Shown in pieces: positions 46,208 to 55,162 of a DNA stretch of 64,000 nt. Position 1 is the stretch's first letter. The number at the start of each line of letters is the position of its first letter. Below the pieces are notes generated by a model. The model was given only the letters and a program-made list of their open reading frames with translations. It was not told the DNA's origin and made no database searches. Position numbers and translations under genes: made by a program. Source of the stretch: an uncultured delta proteobacterium (lineage in GTDB: Bacteria; Desulfobacterota; Binatia; Binatales; Binataceae); contig CAVRJV010000014.1 in assembly GCA_963721485.1 (NCBI GenBank), positions 1,228,579 to 1,292,578 on the forward strand. The letters run 5' to 3'.

Positions 46208-46276
46208 CGGATACGCCCACCAACAATTCGACCCGCAAGCTCGCGGCGATCATGTTCAGCGATATCGCGGGCTACG
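46204..46276 (+). pseudogene. first 24 codons of a class III adenylate/guanylate cyclase-domain gene, 3'-truncated at IS-end element C
   Basis: The ATG overlaps the previous stop (aaATGAcgg). MTDTPTNNSTRKLAAIMFSDIAGY is the canonical start of a cyclase domain (compare TALFADIKGS in 50775..54254). The frame runs straight into element C at 46277. Confidence 0.55.
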
Positions 46277-46331
46277 CCTGTCTGTGGCGAATTGCTGATT
46301 CTGGAGAAATTAGTAATTCTTCACACACAGG
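46277..46331. repeat. 55-bp palindromic IS-end element C (more degenerate)
   Basis: cctgtctgtggcgaattgctgattctgg-agaaattagtaattcttcacacacagg. The arms match at ~20 of 26 positions. Confidence 0.7.
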
Positions 46332-46513
46332 AACAGGCGGCATGGCCACACCAAAATCAGCCGATCAATGTTCCGCAATCGGAGCCGCGCGCGCAACCGA
46401 CGGTTCAGCACCAAGAGCTGCTAACGCAGCAACAAGTTCTCCGCCTCAAGGCTCGCACGTGACTTGAACCGCGCGCGTAACATGAGCATCAGTCGAGTCA
46501 GAAACGTCACCAT
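46332..46513 (-). pseudogene. N-terminal fragment of a second transposase type, with in-frame stop
   Basis: The minus strand reads MVTFLTRLMLMLRARFKSRASLEAENLLLR*QLLVLNRRLRARLRLRNIDRLILVWPCRLF. The ENLxLRxQLxVL + DR..L pattern is the usual N-terminus of rve-type IS transposases. It is cut off at element C. Confidence 0.5.
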
Positions 46514-46614
46514 CGCCGCCCTACTACCACAATTGCAGCCACCCGTGACGCAGGATCAGATTCTGACTAGGCACAAGGTAGTTTAGACTTGGCGGACTGA
46601 GCCAGCCTCTGATT

Positions 46615-48996
46615 TCATGGCAGCTTCGGGGGGCCTATGAGCGGAGTAACGATTGGGGCCGCTAAGCCCAAAAATTGTGCGACTTGGCCGTTGCCAGCTG
46701 GTAGGTTGCCTTCAGCAGCCCAGACATTGCCGGAGCCGTCAATCGCAATTCGGAACGGATTCGCGATCAAGACCGATGGATCCGAGTCTGTCACGCCCCC
46801 CTCGAAACCGTACGGTCCCGGGGAGAGCACTGCGCCGCTGGGTGAAAACTCCGAGATGCCGCCGATGAGGTTCGCGGTCCAGATGTTACCAGCGCCATCA
46901 CCGGCGAGATCCAGAGTCGACGTTTCCAAGCCGAGAAATCCGGTTCCTGGCGAGAGCGGCATCCCGTTATCCAAAGGGTTAAGCTCAGTAAGACTCCCAT
47001 TGTTTCCCACCCATACGTTGCCGGAAGAATCGAAAGCGATAGGAGTGGGATCGGAAACTCCACCGCCAATATACCCTCCACAAGGGTTGGTGAAATCCGG
47101 TGGAACAGTAGGGCCTGGCGATAACGGCGAGCCAGTGACGCCCAGTTCAGCTACGTCGCCGTCGACAGCCAAATTATCGCCAGGAGTGCAGGAATTGGTT
47201 ATCCATGCGTCACCGAAGGGGTCGATCGCGATCCTCTTAGGAAACATCACGCCGCCTCCGAAATAGCCACCCTGCGGCGATACCAGGTTTGCTGCCGAGC
47301 TGAGCTCTATTATCGCGCCGTTTCCACTATTGACCGCCGCCGTGGTGCTAGGGCTGGCTACCCAAACGTTGGAAGACCCGTCGATCGCGATTCCACCCGG
47401 TTTGTTTGGAGATGTGTTTGGCACCACGTTCGAACCGCCGGCTCGAAGGACAGTGTCGGTATTGCTTAGCTCGACGACGGCGCCATTCAGCATGCCTCCG
47501 CCGCAGGCCGCGCCGCAGTTCACAATCCAAATATTGTTGGACGAGTCCATCGCCATCGAGAATGGCGCGTCGAGACCGGTCGTGAAACCCAAGGTGGGCG
47601 AGAGTACACTCCCGGTAGGGCTGAACTCGGACAGGCTGTCGGGGAATTGGTTTGCGATCCACGCATTTCCGATGCTATCAATCGCGACCGCCGTCGAGCT
47701 GCTGAGCCCTGCTCCCGAAAATCCCAACACGATAGACCAGTCAGTCGGCGGACTACCGAGCGTCGGCTGAAACGGCGGGTTTGCGGGAATAATAGCCTCC
47801 AGGTCCGCCAAGGCTGCGCCCGGCTGCAAGCCGAGTCCGAGTGCCGCGCCTGTCGTGTCGGTCGGTTCCGGAGGTGAACCCTGTCCGAGTGTGCAAGTGT
47901 TGTTGCCAGTATTGGTGTTCCAACTCGCCCCGGTAGTCGCCGAGCAAAACAAGTGCTGACAAGCGATCGACGTCGGACCTGCGGATTGCACGCATTCAGC
48001 GAGAATATCGGCCAACGTGTTGAGTACCCGCGTCGGCACTGTAACCCCGGTCGCAGCAATCAGCGGTCCGCGCGCTAAACCGGTGTCCGGATCCACGAGG
48101 TTCGTGGTTATGGTACTTGCCGCATTCGTCGAGCCCCGGAGATTTCTCGTTGGCGCACCAATATCTCCGGCGTTGCTCATAAACTGCCGCATCGCAGAAG
48201 TCGCCGCGATCGTGGTCATCTCGTTGACGATCGCGACACTAACGACTGGCGGCAGGCTGTCGCAGCTCCCGAGCACCGATATCATCTTGATTGCTGAGTT
48301 CGGTCCGCCGCCCGCATCGCCCCCGCTCGCAACGACATAAACCGGCGCATCGGAGTCGCAGAGTGGAACTTCCAGTGTCCATTTTCCCGTACTGTCCGTG
48401 ATAGCAGAGCTCAAGACAGGCCCCGCGACGCGATAGCTAGCCTCTCCCGAGCTAACGAGTTGCACGCTCGCTCCAGCAACAGAATGCGCTCCGCCCATCA
48501 CTACTCCACTAATCGTGACTGCCGCGGTAGCAGTCGGGGTGGCCGACGGAGTAGCGGTGGGAGTTGACGATACCGTAGCAGTCGCCGTTGGTGTCATCGT
48601 GGGAGTGGGGGGAACTCCGAATGCGATCCCCTTGAGTTTTATCTTCTGCGGACTCTTTTCGGCATCGTCAGTGATCGTAAGCGTTCCCGACTCCTTCGTA
48701 ACCTTGTTCTTGGCCGCTGTGGGGTTGAACGTCACCGAAACTGTGCATGTTGCCGGCTTGGCCGCGAGCATCGGACCGCAGGTGCTCGCGCTTACCGCAA
48801 AGGGTTCGGACGAAGTGATCGAAGTGATGCTCAGCGCTACGCTGTTCGGATTTGACAACGTCACGGCCTTGGGCGGCGATATCGTATCCACCTGCACTTT
48901 GCCGAACGACAATTTATGTGGGCTGATGCCGATCCCCAGCTTTGCCGTTGACCCACACCAAGCCATCGAGCTCAGTGTAGATCCAAGGAGCATCAA
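46615..48996 (-). CDS. secreted protein: N-terminal Ig-like (choice-of-anchor D type) domain, PT linker, CarboxypepD_reg-like domain, central region, C-terminal NHL/Vgb-like propeller
   Basis: 793 aa. The Ig module is ISPHKLSFGKVQVDT...TCTVSVTFNP...GTLTITDDAEKSPQKIKLKG. Linker PPTPTMTPTATATVSSTPTATPSATPTATAA. Then ISGVVMGGAHSVAGASVQLVS..TDSTGKWTLEV. About 7 blades of the type AIDS.GN.W..N. The N-terminal signal is weak and the start is uncertain (TTG/ATG 48996/48993). Confidence 0.7.
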   Translation of the reverse strand: MMLLGSTLSSMAWCGSTAKLGIGISPHKLSFGKVQVDTISPPKAVTLSNPNSVALSITSITSSEPFAVSASTCGPMLAAKPATCTVSVTFNPTAAKNKVTKESGTLTITDDAEKSPQKIKLKGIAFGVPPTPTMTPTATATVSSTPTATPSATPTATAAVTISGVVMGGAHSVAGASVQLVSSGEASYRVAGPVLSSAITDSTGKWTLEVPLCDSDAPVYVVASGGDAGGGPNSAIKMISVLGSCDSLPPVVSVAIVNEMTTIAATSAMRQFMSNAGDIGAPTRNLRGSTNAASTITTNLVDPDTGLARGPLIAATGVTVPTRVLNTLADILAECVQSAGPTSIACQHLFCSATTGASWNTNTGNNTCTLGQGSPPEPTDTTGAALGLGLQPGAALADLEAIIPANPPFQPTLGSPPTDWSIVLGFSGAGLSSSTAVAIDSIGNAWIANQFPDSLSEFSPTGSVLSPTLGFTTGLDAPFSMAMDSSNNIWIVNCGAACGGGMLNGAVVELSNTDTVLRAGGSNVVPNTSPNKPGGIAIDGSSNVWVASPSTTAAVNSGNGAIIELSSAANLVSPQGGYFGGGVMFPKRIAIDPFGDAWITNSCTPGDNLAVDGDVAELGVTGSPLSPGPTVPPDFTNPCGGYIGGGVSDPTPIAFDSSGNVWVGNNGSLTELNPLDNGMPLSPGTGFLGLETSTLDLAGDGAGNIWTANLIGGISEFSPSGAVLSPGPYGFEGGVTDSDPSVLIANPFRIAIDGSGNVWAAEGNLPAGNGQVAQFLGLAAPIVTPLIGPPKLP

Positions 48997-49165
48997 GGCC
49001 CCTATGACGCTGCTCCGCGCTTTTGTCGTGAGTTGCTTAACAGTTTCTCCGACGTGCTACGACGAGCAACTAACTGGCACGCCCAACGATACTAAGGCCA
49101 CAAAGGATTCCGGTAATCAAGCGTATGAGGCGACCGGAAAGGTTTTCATCACGAACACGACATAG

Positions 49166-49533
49166 AGCCTCGAGATCTGTCGGTCACCAACGATTTTTTT
49201 AACTGGATCGAGATTGGACTCGCTCATCGTGCAACAGACCAACGTCGATGGGCCGATTGACCCTGAACGTGCTGCTTTCGTTTGCACAGTTCGAACGCGA
49301 AGTAACCAGCAAACGCATCCGCGACAAGATAGCCGCCTCCAAGCAAAAGGAGATATGGATGGGTGGCGGAGTCCCGCTCGGTTATGACCTCAGCGATCAT
49401 CGTCTGGTCGTAAACACAGAGGAGGCAGAGACGGTCCGACTGATATCTTAGCTGTATCTTGAGCTAAAGACCCTCCGTCGGGTCAGCCAAGAATTGGACC
49501 GCAAGTCAATCATGGAGCAACCCTCCAAATGAC
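49166..49533 (+). pseudogene. large serine recombinase remnant (central part only, frameshifts and in-frame stop)
   Basis: RDLSVTNDFFNWIEIGLAH / IVQQTNV / TSMGRLTLNVLLSFAQFEREVTSKRIRDKIAASKQKEIWMGGGVPLGYDL..LVVNTEEAETVRLIS*LYLELKTLRRVSQELDRK spans three frames and includes a TAG. The catalytic N-terminus and the C-terminal domains are absent. Confidence 0.65.
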
Positions 49534-49822
49534 CCGAATGGTTTCTATGCAACTGCGACGGCGTGGCGTCGAAACACGTCGAGTGGGACGCGCAGCAGCA
49601 ACTCCTTCCGGATTAGAGCATTTTCGGCACGCTGGTCGGCACGATCATCGACTCCCACACCGTTTTCTCGTGGCACCGAATTTCATCGCTACACACAAAT
49701 CGTGGTGAATCGGAATTTTGCGCGGCCGTGGGCGGTCTCCGCTCCGACGACCGCGCGTGATTCGCACCCCACGCGCCGATTTCGTCGTTTCTCCATGATG
49801 TAGGGAAACATGGCAAACTGAG

Positions 49823-49860
49823 TGGTGGGGCAGAATGGATTTGAACTGTCGACCCCCACT
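49823..49860 (-). other. tRNA 3'-end-like fragment (T-loop + acceptor strand + CCA), not a complete tRNA
   Basis: The minus strand reads ...GTCGACAGTTCAAATCCATTCTGCCCCACCA. The T-loop TTCAAAT and ...CCCCACCA look tRNA-like. The T-stem does not pair and no 5' acceptor strand (GGGGCAG) occurs within 100 nt. Confidence 0.25.
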
Positions 49861-50077
49861 TCGCCTTTTCATCGCATAATTGTCCACAGGTTTGGCGACG
49901 AATTTGCGTGAAGATTAAAGCAGCACTGCTGCAGAGAGCACCCTCGCCCGGCATTCGCCCTGAATGTTTCTCTTTAATCCTGGCAGTCGGATCCGAGGAG
50001 CGCTTCGAAATCGCGTTCAGTCCGATTCCTTTGATCTGCTAGGACTGGATTCCGAGGCGAATAGCTGGCGAGGACCG

Positions 50078-50737
50078 TCAGCTTCGTGAACGCTGACGTT
50101 TGAGGAATTCGACCTCTTCTTTTGTTGATTGTCGGCCGAGCGCCTCGTTTCGGCCCGGAAACCTTCCGAATCGCCGAATCATCTTTAGGTGCAGTTCGGC
50201 GGACATCCGGACCGCGGTACCTTCCGCGGGTTCGCCAAATTCATCCGCTAGAACGAGGGCGAGGCGTACCGATTCCATTTGATCGTGCAGATCTTCGCTG
50301 TGTTCGAAAGGCAAATAGAGGAACATCCGCATGATCGGCAGCAAGTCGCGATCGAATCCGGCTGCAATTGCGTGGCGGCTGACCTCGCGTGCTTTAGCGT
50401 CGGTCGCGAAGGCTCGCGCGGTGTCGCGGAACATGTTGCGTGGAAATTGATCCAGCAATAATACCAGCGCGAGACAACTTCTGGGGGCTTTCTTCCAGCT
50501 GTCCAGGCGGCCCAACGCAGCATCCCTGTAGCTGTTGAGGAAAAGAGACTTACAAAGCCTGTCGAACTCGGGATCGGGCACGAACCATCGTGACCAAAGA
50601 TGGACGGCATCCTCGGCGGCGTGAGCTGGCGTCATCCAGAAATTGAGGATGCGCTCCGCTTCTGAAGCCACGCGTCTGCTGTCCGGCGCGTTTTTGGAAG
50701 ATACGCTCCGTCTGGACTTTGATCCTGGTTTTCTCAC
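50078..50737 (-). CDS. DUF924 family protein
   Basis: LDQFPRNMFRDTARAFATD, LYLPFEHSEDL and IRRFGRFPGRNEALGRQSTKEEVEFL are hallmark DUF924 motifs. The start may be internal (GTG ~50671). Confidence 0.8.
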   Translation of the reverse strand: MRKPGSKSRRSVSSKNAPDSRRVASEAERILNFWMTPAHAAEDAVHLWSRWFVPDPEFDRLCKSLFLNSYRDAALGRLDSWKKAPRSCLALVLLLDQFPRNMFRDTARAFATDAKAREVSRHAIAAGFDRDLLPIMRMFLYLPFEHSEDLHDQMESVRLALVLADEFGEPAEGTAVRMSAELHLKMIRRFGRFPGRNEALGRQSTKEEVEFLKRQRSRS

Positions 50738-50774
50738 GTCTCGGGCGATCTTCTGCTTGCGCCGCTACCTCGCC

Positions 50775-53700
50775 CTAGGCGTTTAGTTCCTGAAGGAGCG
50801 CCTTGGCATCTCTCAAGTCCGCGGTGTCGAAACCTTCAGTGAACGATCCGTAGACTTTGGCGAGCAGCGGGCGCGCCTCTTCGCGGCGATTCAAGTCACG
50901 CAGCAGCCGTGCAAGGCTGGTGCTCGCGCGCAACTCCCACGATTTGGCTCGTTGCTTGCGCGAGATATCGAGCGCCGAGTGAAAGGACTGCTCGGCCGTT
51001 GCCGCATTCGCCGCGTCGTGGCCCAACAGCAGTTCACCCTTCAGGCGATACAACTCCGCTTGATAGTACTGTTGGCCGGTCCTATCGGTGAAAAGGAAAG
51101 CCTCCTTTAGCGCGGCGAGTCCCTCTTCGAACCGCCCGGCGCGGCCCAACGCCGTCGCGACAAATGTAAGACACCGATCGGTTATGTATTCCGAGCCGCC
51201 GGTCTTCAGCTGCGACATGTGAGCTCTCATCCGTGCAATGCCCCCCTCGAGGTCGCCGTCGAGCGCATCGGCCCATCCAAGATAGATTTCGCTAAGAGCC
51301 CGGCCGCCGAAGAAACCTGACTCAGTGGCGATTGCGAGTCTGGCCCCCGCTCTGGCGCGCATTTGCTGGGTTTCGCGCCGAAGCTCGCAAATGTACGAGG
51401 CGAATCCGTGTAAGTCACCGAGCAAGCCCTTTGAACTATGATGAGGGATCGCTGCCGCGGTATTCATTCGCTCCAGCGCGCGATCGGGGTTACCGAGAAA
51501 CCACAGGTTCCAACCGGAAATGATGCGGTTGTTTTCCGCTGTGTACAGCCGCTCGACCATTGTCCGCGCCTGGGAATTCCGTGCGGCATGCTCGCGCGCG
51601 GGACCCGTTGCCGGCCTGGTTATCGATTCGAGAATGGTCCACGTTCGATCGAAAGCATCGGCGGCCGCGTCGAAATCGCCCGAGACCATTTTGGTGTAAG
51701 CCAGCCAATTGCCGGCTTCAGCGAGAAGTCCGTCGGCGCCGCGTTCCTCGGCGCGCGCCATCAACTCGGAAGCGATCGCTCCTGCTCTGCGAACATCGGG
51801 ACGCAGCTGCTGGACGAAGAAAAGGGAGAAAAGTGCCCACCAGCTTTTTTCCCAATTGACACCGGGACGTTGACAAAGGGCGATTGCGCGCTCGATCGAG
51901 CGTTCGACTTCGAGCGAAGCCAGGCCCTTCGCATCGCCGAGGGCGCTAGTACCGTAGTTGCGAAGATCCAACTCCAGCTCGGCGCGCGAGTCGTCGTCGG
52001 GAAGCTTCTGCAGCAGATCAAGTCCGGTTTCGAAAAGCGCGATTGCCTCGGCCACCGAGCCGCGCTCGGCGCTCTGCTGGATCGCCAGCAGGCAATACCC
52101 AACTGCTTTCCCGGGATTGCCGCTGTGGGCGTAATGATGCGTCAGTGCTGCGAGGTGATCGCCCAGGTTATCGCGATAAACCGATTCCAGGCCGGAGCCG
52201 ATCCGTTCGTGCAAGAGCCGCCGGCGTTCGTTGAGAACCGAGTTATACGCTACGTCGTGGGTAAGAGCATGCTTGAACGTATACTCAAGGTCTCCTACCG
52301 CCGGCTGCTCGTAGATGAACTCACCCAGCTGAAGCTCGAATAGCATCGACTCCAGGTCAGATGCTCCCGGGTCCGCTTCTTCGCGCGACAGGGTCAGGGC
52401 CATCGTTGTCGCTTCGGGGTTAGTGCTGGCAATCGCCGAGTTGGTTGGCGGCTGCCATACCTGACGAACGAGGCCGAGCTTGAACTCCATTCCCATGACG
52501 GCGAGCGTTTGCAGCAAATCTTTCTGGTCCGGCGGCAAGCGGTCGATGCGCGCGGCCAGGATTGCCTGAACCGAGGGTGGGATCTTCAGCTCGCGCAACG
52601 GTTTGGTGAGCTTCGTAGTGCCGTTGCGCACCAGTGCTCCTTCGTCCAGGAGAACCTGTACAGTCTCTTCCATGAAGAAGGGGTTGCCTTCGGTCTTCTC
52701 TATGATGATCCGCTTGAGCGGTGCTAAATCCGGCTCGCTCCCAAGCAGAGCGGTCAGCATCTCATCCGCGCTTTCCTTACCAAGCGGGTCGAGCCGCAAC
52801 TGCGTATAGTAGGTTTTGTTCCCCCAATCGTGGCGGTACTCCGGCCGATAGTTGACCAGGAGCAGGATGCGCGCGGTGCCGATAGAGTCGGCGAGCAAGT
52901 TCAGAAACGCCTGCGACTCACTATCGATCCAGTGCAGGTCTTCGAATACGACGATAAGCGGCTGGTTCAGGCTTTCGCGCAGAAGTATCCGCTTGACCGC
53001 GTCGAGCGCGCGATGCTTTCGAGTTTGCGCCTTGATTTCCGCTATCTGATTGTCTTCATCGCTGATACCGAGCAGGCCGTAGAGGTACTGAAGCGTATCT
53101 TCCAGCGAACGATCGAGCGTCAGTACCCTGCCGTTGATCTTCTCGCGCCGCTTGCGCGCATCGTCGTCGGACGAAATCTCGAAGTACGAGTACAGCAGGT
53201 CGATCAGCGGAAGGAATGCTGAAGCCTGTCCGTGTGAGACCGAGAATGCTTCGAGCACCATCCAGCCCGATCGCGATACAGCCTTGAACTCGAACAGCAG
53301 GCGTGACTTGCCGACCCCCGCCTCAGCCATCGCCGCGACGATCTGGCCGCGCCCCGCTTGCGCCTGCTCGGCGGCTCGTTTCATCGCTTGAATTTCATTC
53401 TGTCGCCCGACGAACTTGGTGTAGCCGCGTCCCGCCGATCGCTGCAGACGAGTGCGCAGAGGTCCCAGCCCTGTTACCTCGTACACCTCGACCGGTTCGG
53501 TGACCCCTTTGATGCGTGCACTTCCCAGGTCATTGATGGTGAAGTAGCCCTCTACCAATCGCCGCACGGCGCGGCTTATCGCGATCGATCCTGGTGGCGC
53601 CAGCGCCTGCAATCGCGAGGCCAGGCTTATCGAGTGACCGATCGGTGTATACTCAGTGTCTCTCTCACCGGTCTTTATCGTTCGCACCACTGCTTCACCC

Positions 53701-54368
53701 ACATTGACCCCAATTCGGATCAAGACGGGTGGCTCTCCATGCTCACGCAGCCGATTTGAGTAACTCCTGAGGTCCTGCTGCATGCGCAAAGCGGCATAGA
53801 GCGCGTGCTGTGGATGATCCTCGAGCGCAATTGGCGCGCCGAAAACCGCGAAGATTCCGTCGCCTGTCGATTGGGCGACGTACCCTCCGTAACGGCGGAC
53901 TGCCTCGATCATCAGCTGAAGGGCTGGATCAACGATCGCGCGCGCCTCTTCAGGATCGAGGTTCTCGATCATTTCCATCGATCCCTTGATGTCGGCGAAG
54001 AGCGCGGTGACAGTCTTCCGCTCGCCTTCACTGGCGGAGGAATCATGCTGCTCCGGCACGGGCGCAGACTCGCTCGCAGCCGGCTTCGCCGCACGCGCGT
54101 TCGCATCGAGTGAGGCGCCGCAATCGCGGCAGAACTTGGCGGGAGGCGAATACTCCGCGCCGCACTTCGGACATTTGGCGGGAAAAGGATTCCCACACTC
54201 AGCGCAGAATCTGGTGCCGGGCGGATTTTCGGAGCCGCACTTTGAGCATCGCATCTGCTGATTCCGGGCCCTCTTACGGCTTGACGACCTCACCGCGATG
54301 ATCCTTGTACATCCGGTCGCGCCAGGCGAATACCTCGGCGAACGTTGGATCTTCGCCGAGCTGGTCAA
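50775..54368 (-). CDS. zinc-ribbon + class III adenylate/guanylate cyclase + AAA (AAA_16) ATPase + TPR multidomain regulator
   Basis: Likely start is M39 at 54254 (MRCSKCGSENPPGTRFCAECGNPF..CPKCGAEY..FCRDCG), which avoids overlap with the GST gene. Cyclase motifs TALFADIKGS, STGDGIFAVFGAP, IRIGVNVGEAVV. Walker A AEAGVGKSRL. The long TPR-like C-terminus is ~55% identical by eye to that of 55163..58135. Confidence 0.85.
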   Translation of the reverse strand: MTSSAKIQRSPRYSPGATGCTRIIAVRSSSRKRARNQQMRCSKCGSENPPGTRFCAECGNPFPAKCPKCGAEYSPPAKFCRDCGASLDANARAAKPAASESAPVPEQHDSSASEGERKTVTALFADIKGSMEMIENLDPEEARAIVDPALQLMIEAVRRYGGYVAQSTGDGIFAVFGAPIALEDHPQHALYAALRMQQDLRSYSNRLREHGEPPVLIRIGVNVGEAVVRTIKTGERDTEYTPIGHSISLASRLQALAPPGSIAISRAVRRLVEGYFTINDLGSARIKGVTEPVEVYEVTGLGPLRTRLQRSAGRGYTKFVGRQNEIQAMKRAAEQAQAGRGQIVAAMAEAGVGKSRLLFEFKAVSRSGWMVLEAFSVSHGQASAFLPLIDLLYSYFEISSDDDARKRREKINGRVLTLDRSLEDTLQYLYGLLGISDEDNQIAEIKAQTRKHRALDAVKRILLRESLNQPLIVVFEDLHWIDSESQAFLNLLADSIGTARILLLVNYRPEYRHDWGNKTYYTQLRLDPLGKESADEMLTALLGSEPDLAPLKRIIIEKTEGNPFFMEETVQVLLDEGALVRNGTTKLTKPLRELKIPPSVQAILAARIDRLPPDQKDLLQTLAVMGMEFKLGLVRQVWQPPTNSAIASTNPEATTMALTLSREEADPGASDLESMLFELQLGEFIYEQPAVGDLEYTFKHALTHDVAYNSVLNERRRLLHERIGSGLESVYRDNLGDHLAALTHHYAHSGNPGKAVGYCLLAIQQSAERGSVAEAIALFETGLDLLQKLPDDDSRAELELDLRNYGTSALGDAKGLASLEVERSIERAIALCQRPGVNWEKSWWALFSLFFVQQLRPDVRRAGAIASELMARAEERGADGLLAEAGNWLAYTKMVSGDFDAAADAFDRTWTILESITRPATGPAREHAARNSQARTMVERLYTAENNRIISGWNLWFLGNPDRALERMNTAAAIPHHSSKGLLGDLHGFASYICELRRETQQMRARAGARLAIATESGFFGGRALSEIYLGWADALDGDLEGGIARMRAHMSQLKTGGSEYITDRCLTFVATALGRAGRFEEGLAALKEAFLFTDRTGQQYYQAELYRLKGELLLGHDAANAATAEQSFHSALDISRKQRAKSWELRASTSLARLLRDLNRREEARPLLAKVYGSFTEGFDTADLRDAKALLQELNA

Positions 54369-54981
54369 GGTAGACGAACCGCAGTTCCGGCGTAAAGACG
54401 AAAAGCTCTTGTGGCGCCGCCTTGAAAAGCATCAACATCGCCGCGGTGGTTAGGTCGGCGCGAGTGAATGTATCGCCCACCAGATATTCTCGTCCGCTCA
54501 GCGTGTCCTTAAGACTGGTCAGAACCCTCGTAACCGTGAGCCTGCTCTGCTCTTCCTCGAACGGTGAATATCCATACTTTTCCGCGAAATACCTTCCACT
54601 CTTTTGTGCTTCGGGATCGTCGATGCGGAGCAGGCGCCCCGTGAGCAATGTGCGACCATGAGGCCCCAGCGCATTAAGCGCGATCTCCTCCCATAGCGTC
54701 ACCATCGCGCGCTCTTTCGCCGACTTGGGAAACAGCGCCGGCTCCGGTCTCGTTGCCTCGAGCCAGTCCAAAATCGCGCTCGAATCCGGAATCACCTTAT
54801 CGCCGGTGATCAACACCGGCACCATCGCCTGGCCGGTCAACTTCTTCACCGCGGCTTCATCGACGCCAGCTGTGTAATTCTGCTTCTCGTAGGGCAATCG
54901 TTTGAATGCGAAGGCCCATCGGACCCGCTCCGACCAGGGCGATCCATACATTGTGATCAGCTTGGTTGTGCCCATGATCAA
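54274..54981 (-). CDS. glutathione S-transferase family protein
   Basis: Thioredoxin-like N-domain (LITMYGSPWSERVRWAFAFKRLPYE...VPVLITGDKVIPDSSAILDWLE) plus a helical C-domain. ATG at 54975, 7 nt after GGAGAGG, is a likelier start than TTG 54981. Confidence 0.8.
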   Translation of the reverse strand: MIMGTTKLITMYGSPWSERVRWAFAFKRLPYEKQNYTAGVDEAAVKKLTGQAMVPVLITGDKVIPDSSAILDWLEATRPEPALFPKSAKERAMVTLWEEIALNALGPHGRTLLTGRLLRIDDPEAQKSGRYFAEKYGYSPFEEEQSRLTVTRVLTSLKDTLSGREYLVGDTFTRADLTTAAMLMLFKAAPQELFVFTPELRFVYLDQLGEDPTFAEVFAWRDRMYKDHRGEVVKP

Positions 54982-55162
54982 ACCTCTCCGAGGAATCCTT
55001 TCGATGCTTCACCCCCGCGAGAATCCTAAGGCGATCGAAGCCGGCCGCCAATGCTTTTTGGCTGAACTTCGTCTGAACTCGATCTGAACTTTCGCGGAAC
55101 GGTCGAAGCGTCGAGCCTATACGCTCGCCAGATGGGGAAGTAGAATCGGCGAAAGTCGCAAA

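Noticed and set aside
49823-49915. Complete tRNA gene on the minus strand near 49.85 kb.
   Set aside because: The T-stem halves (GACAG / CCATT) do not pair. No 5' acceptor strand or anticodon arm could be built, so it is kept only as a fragment.
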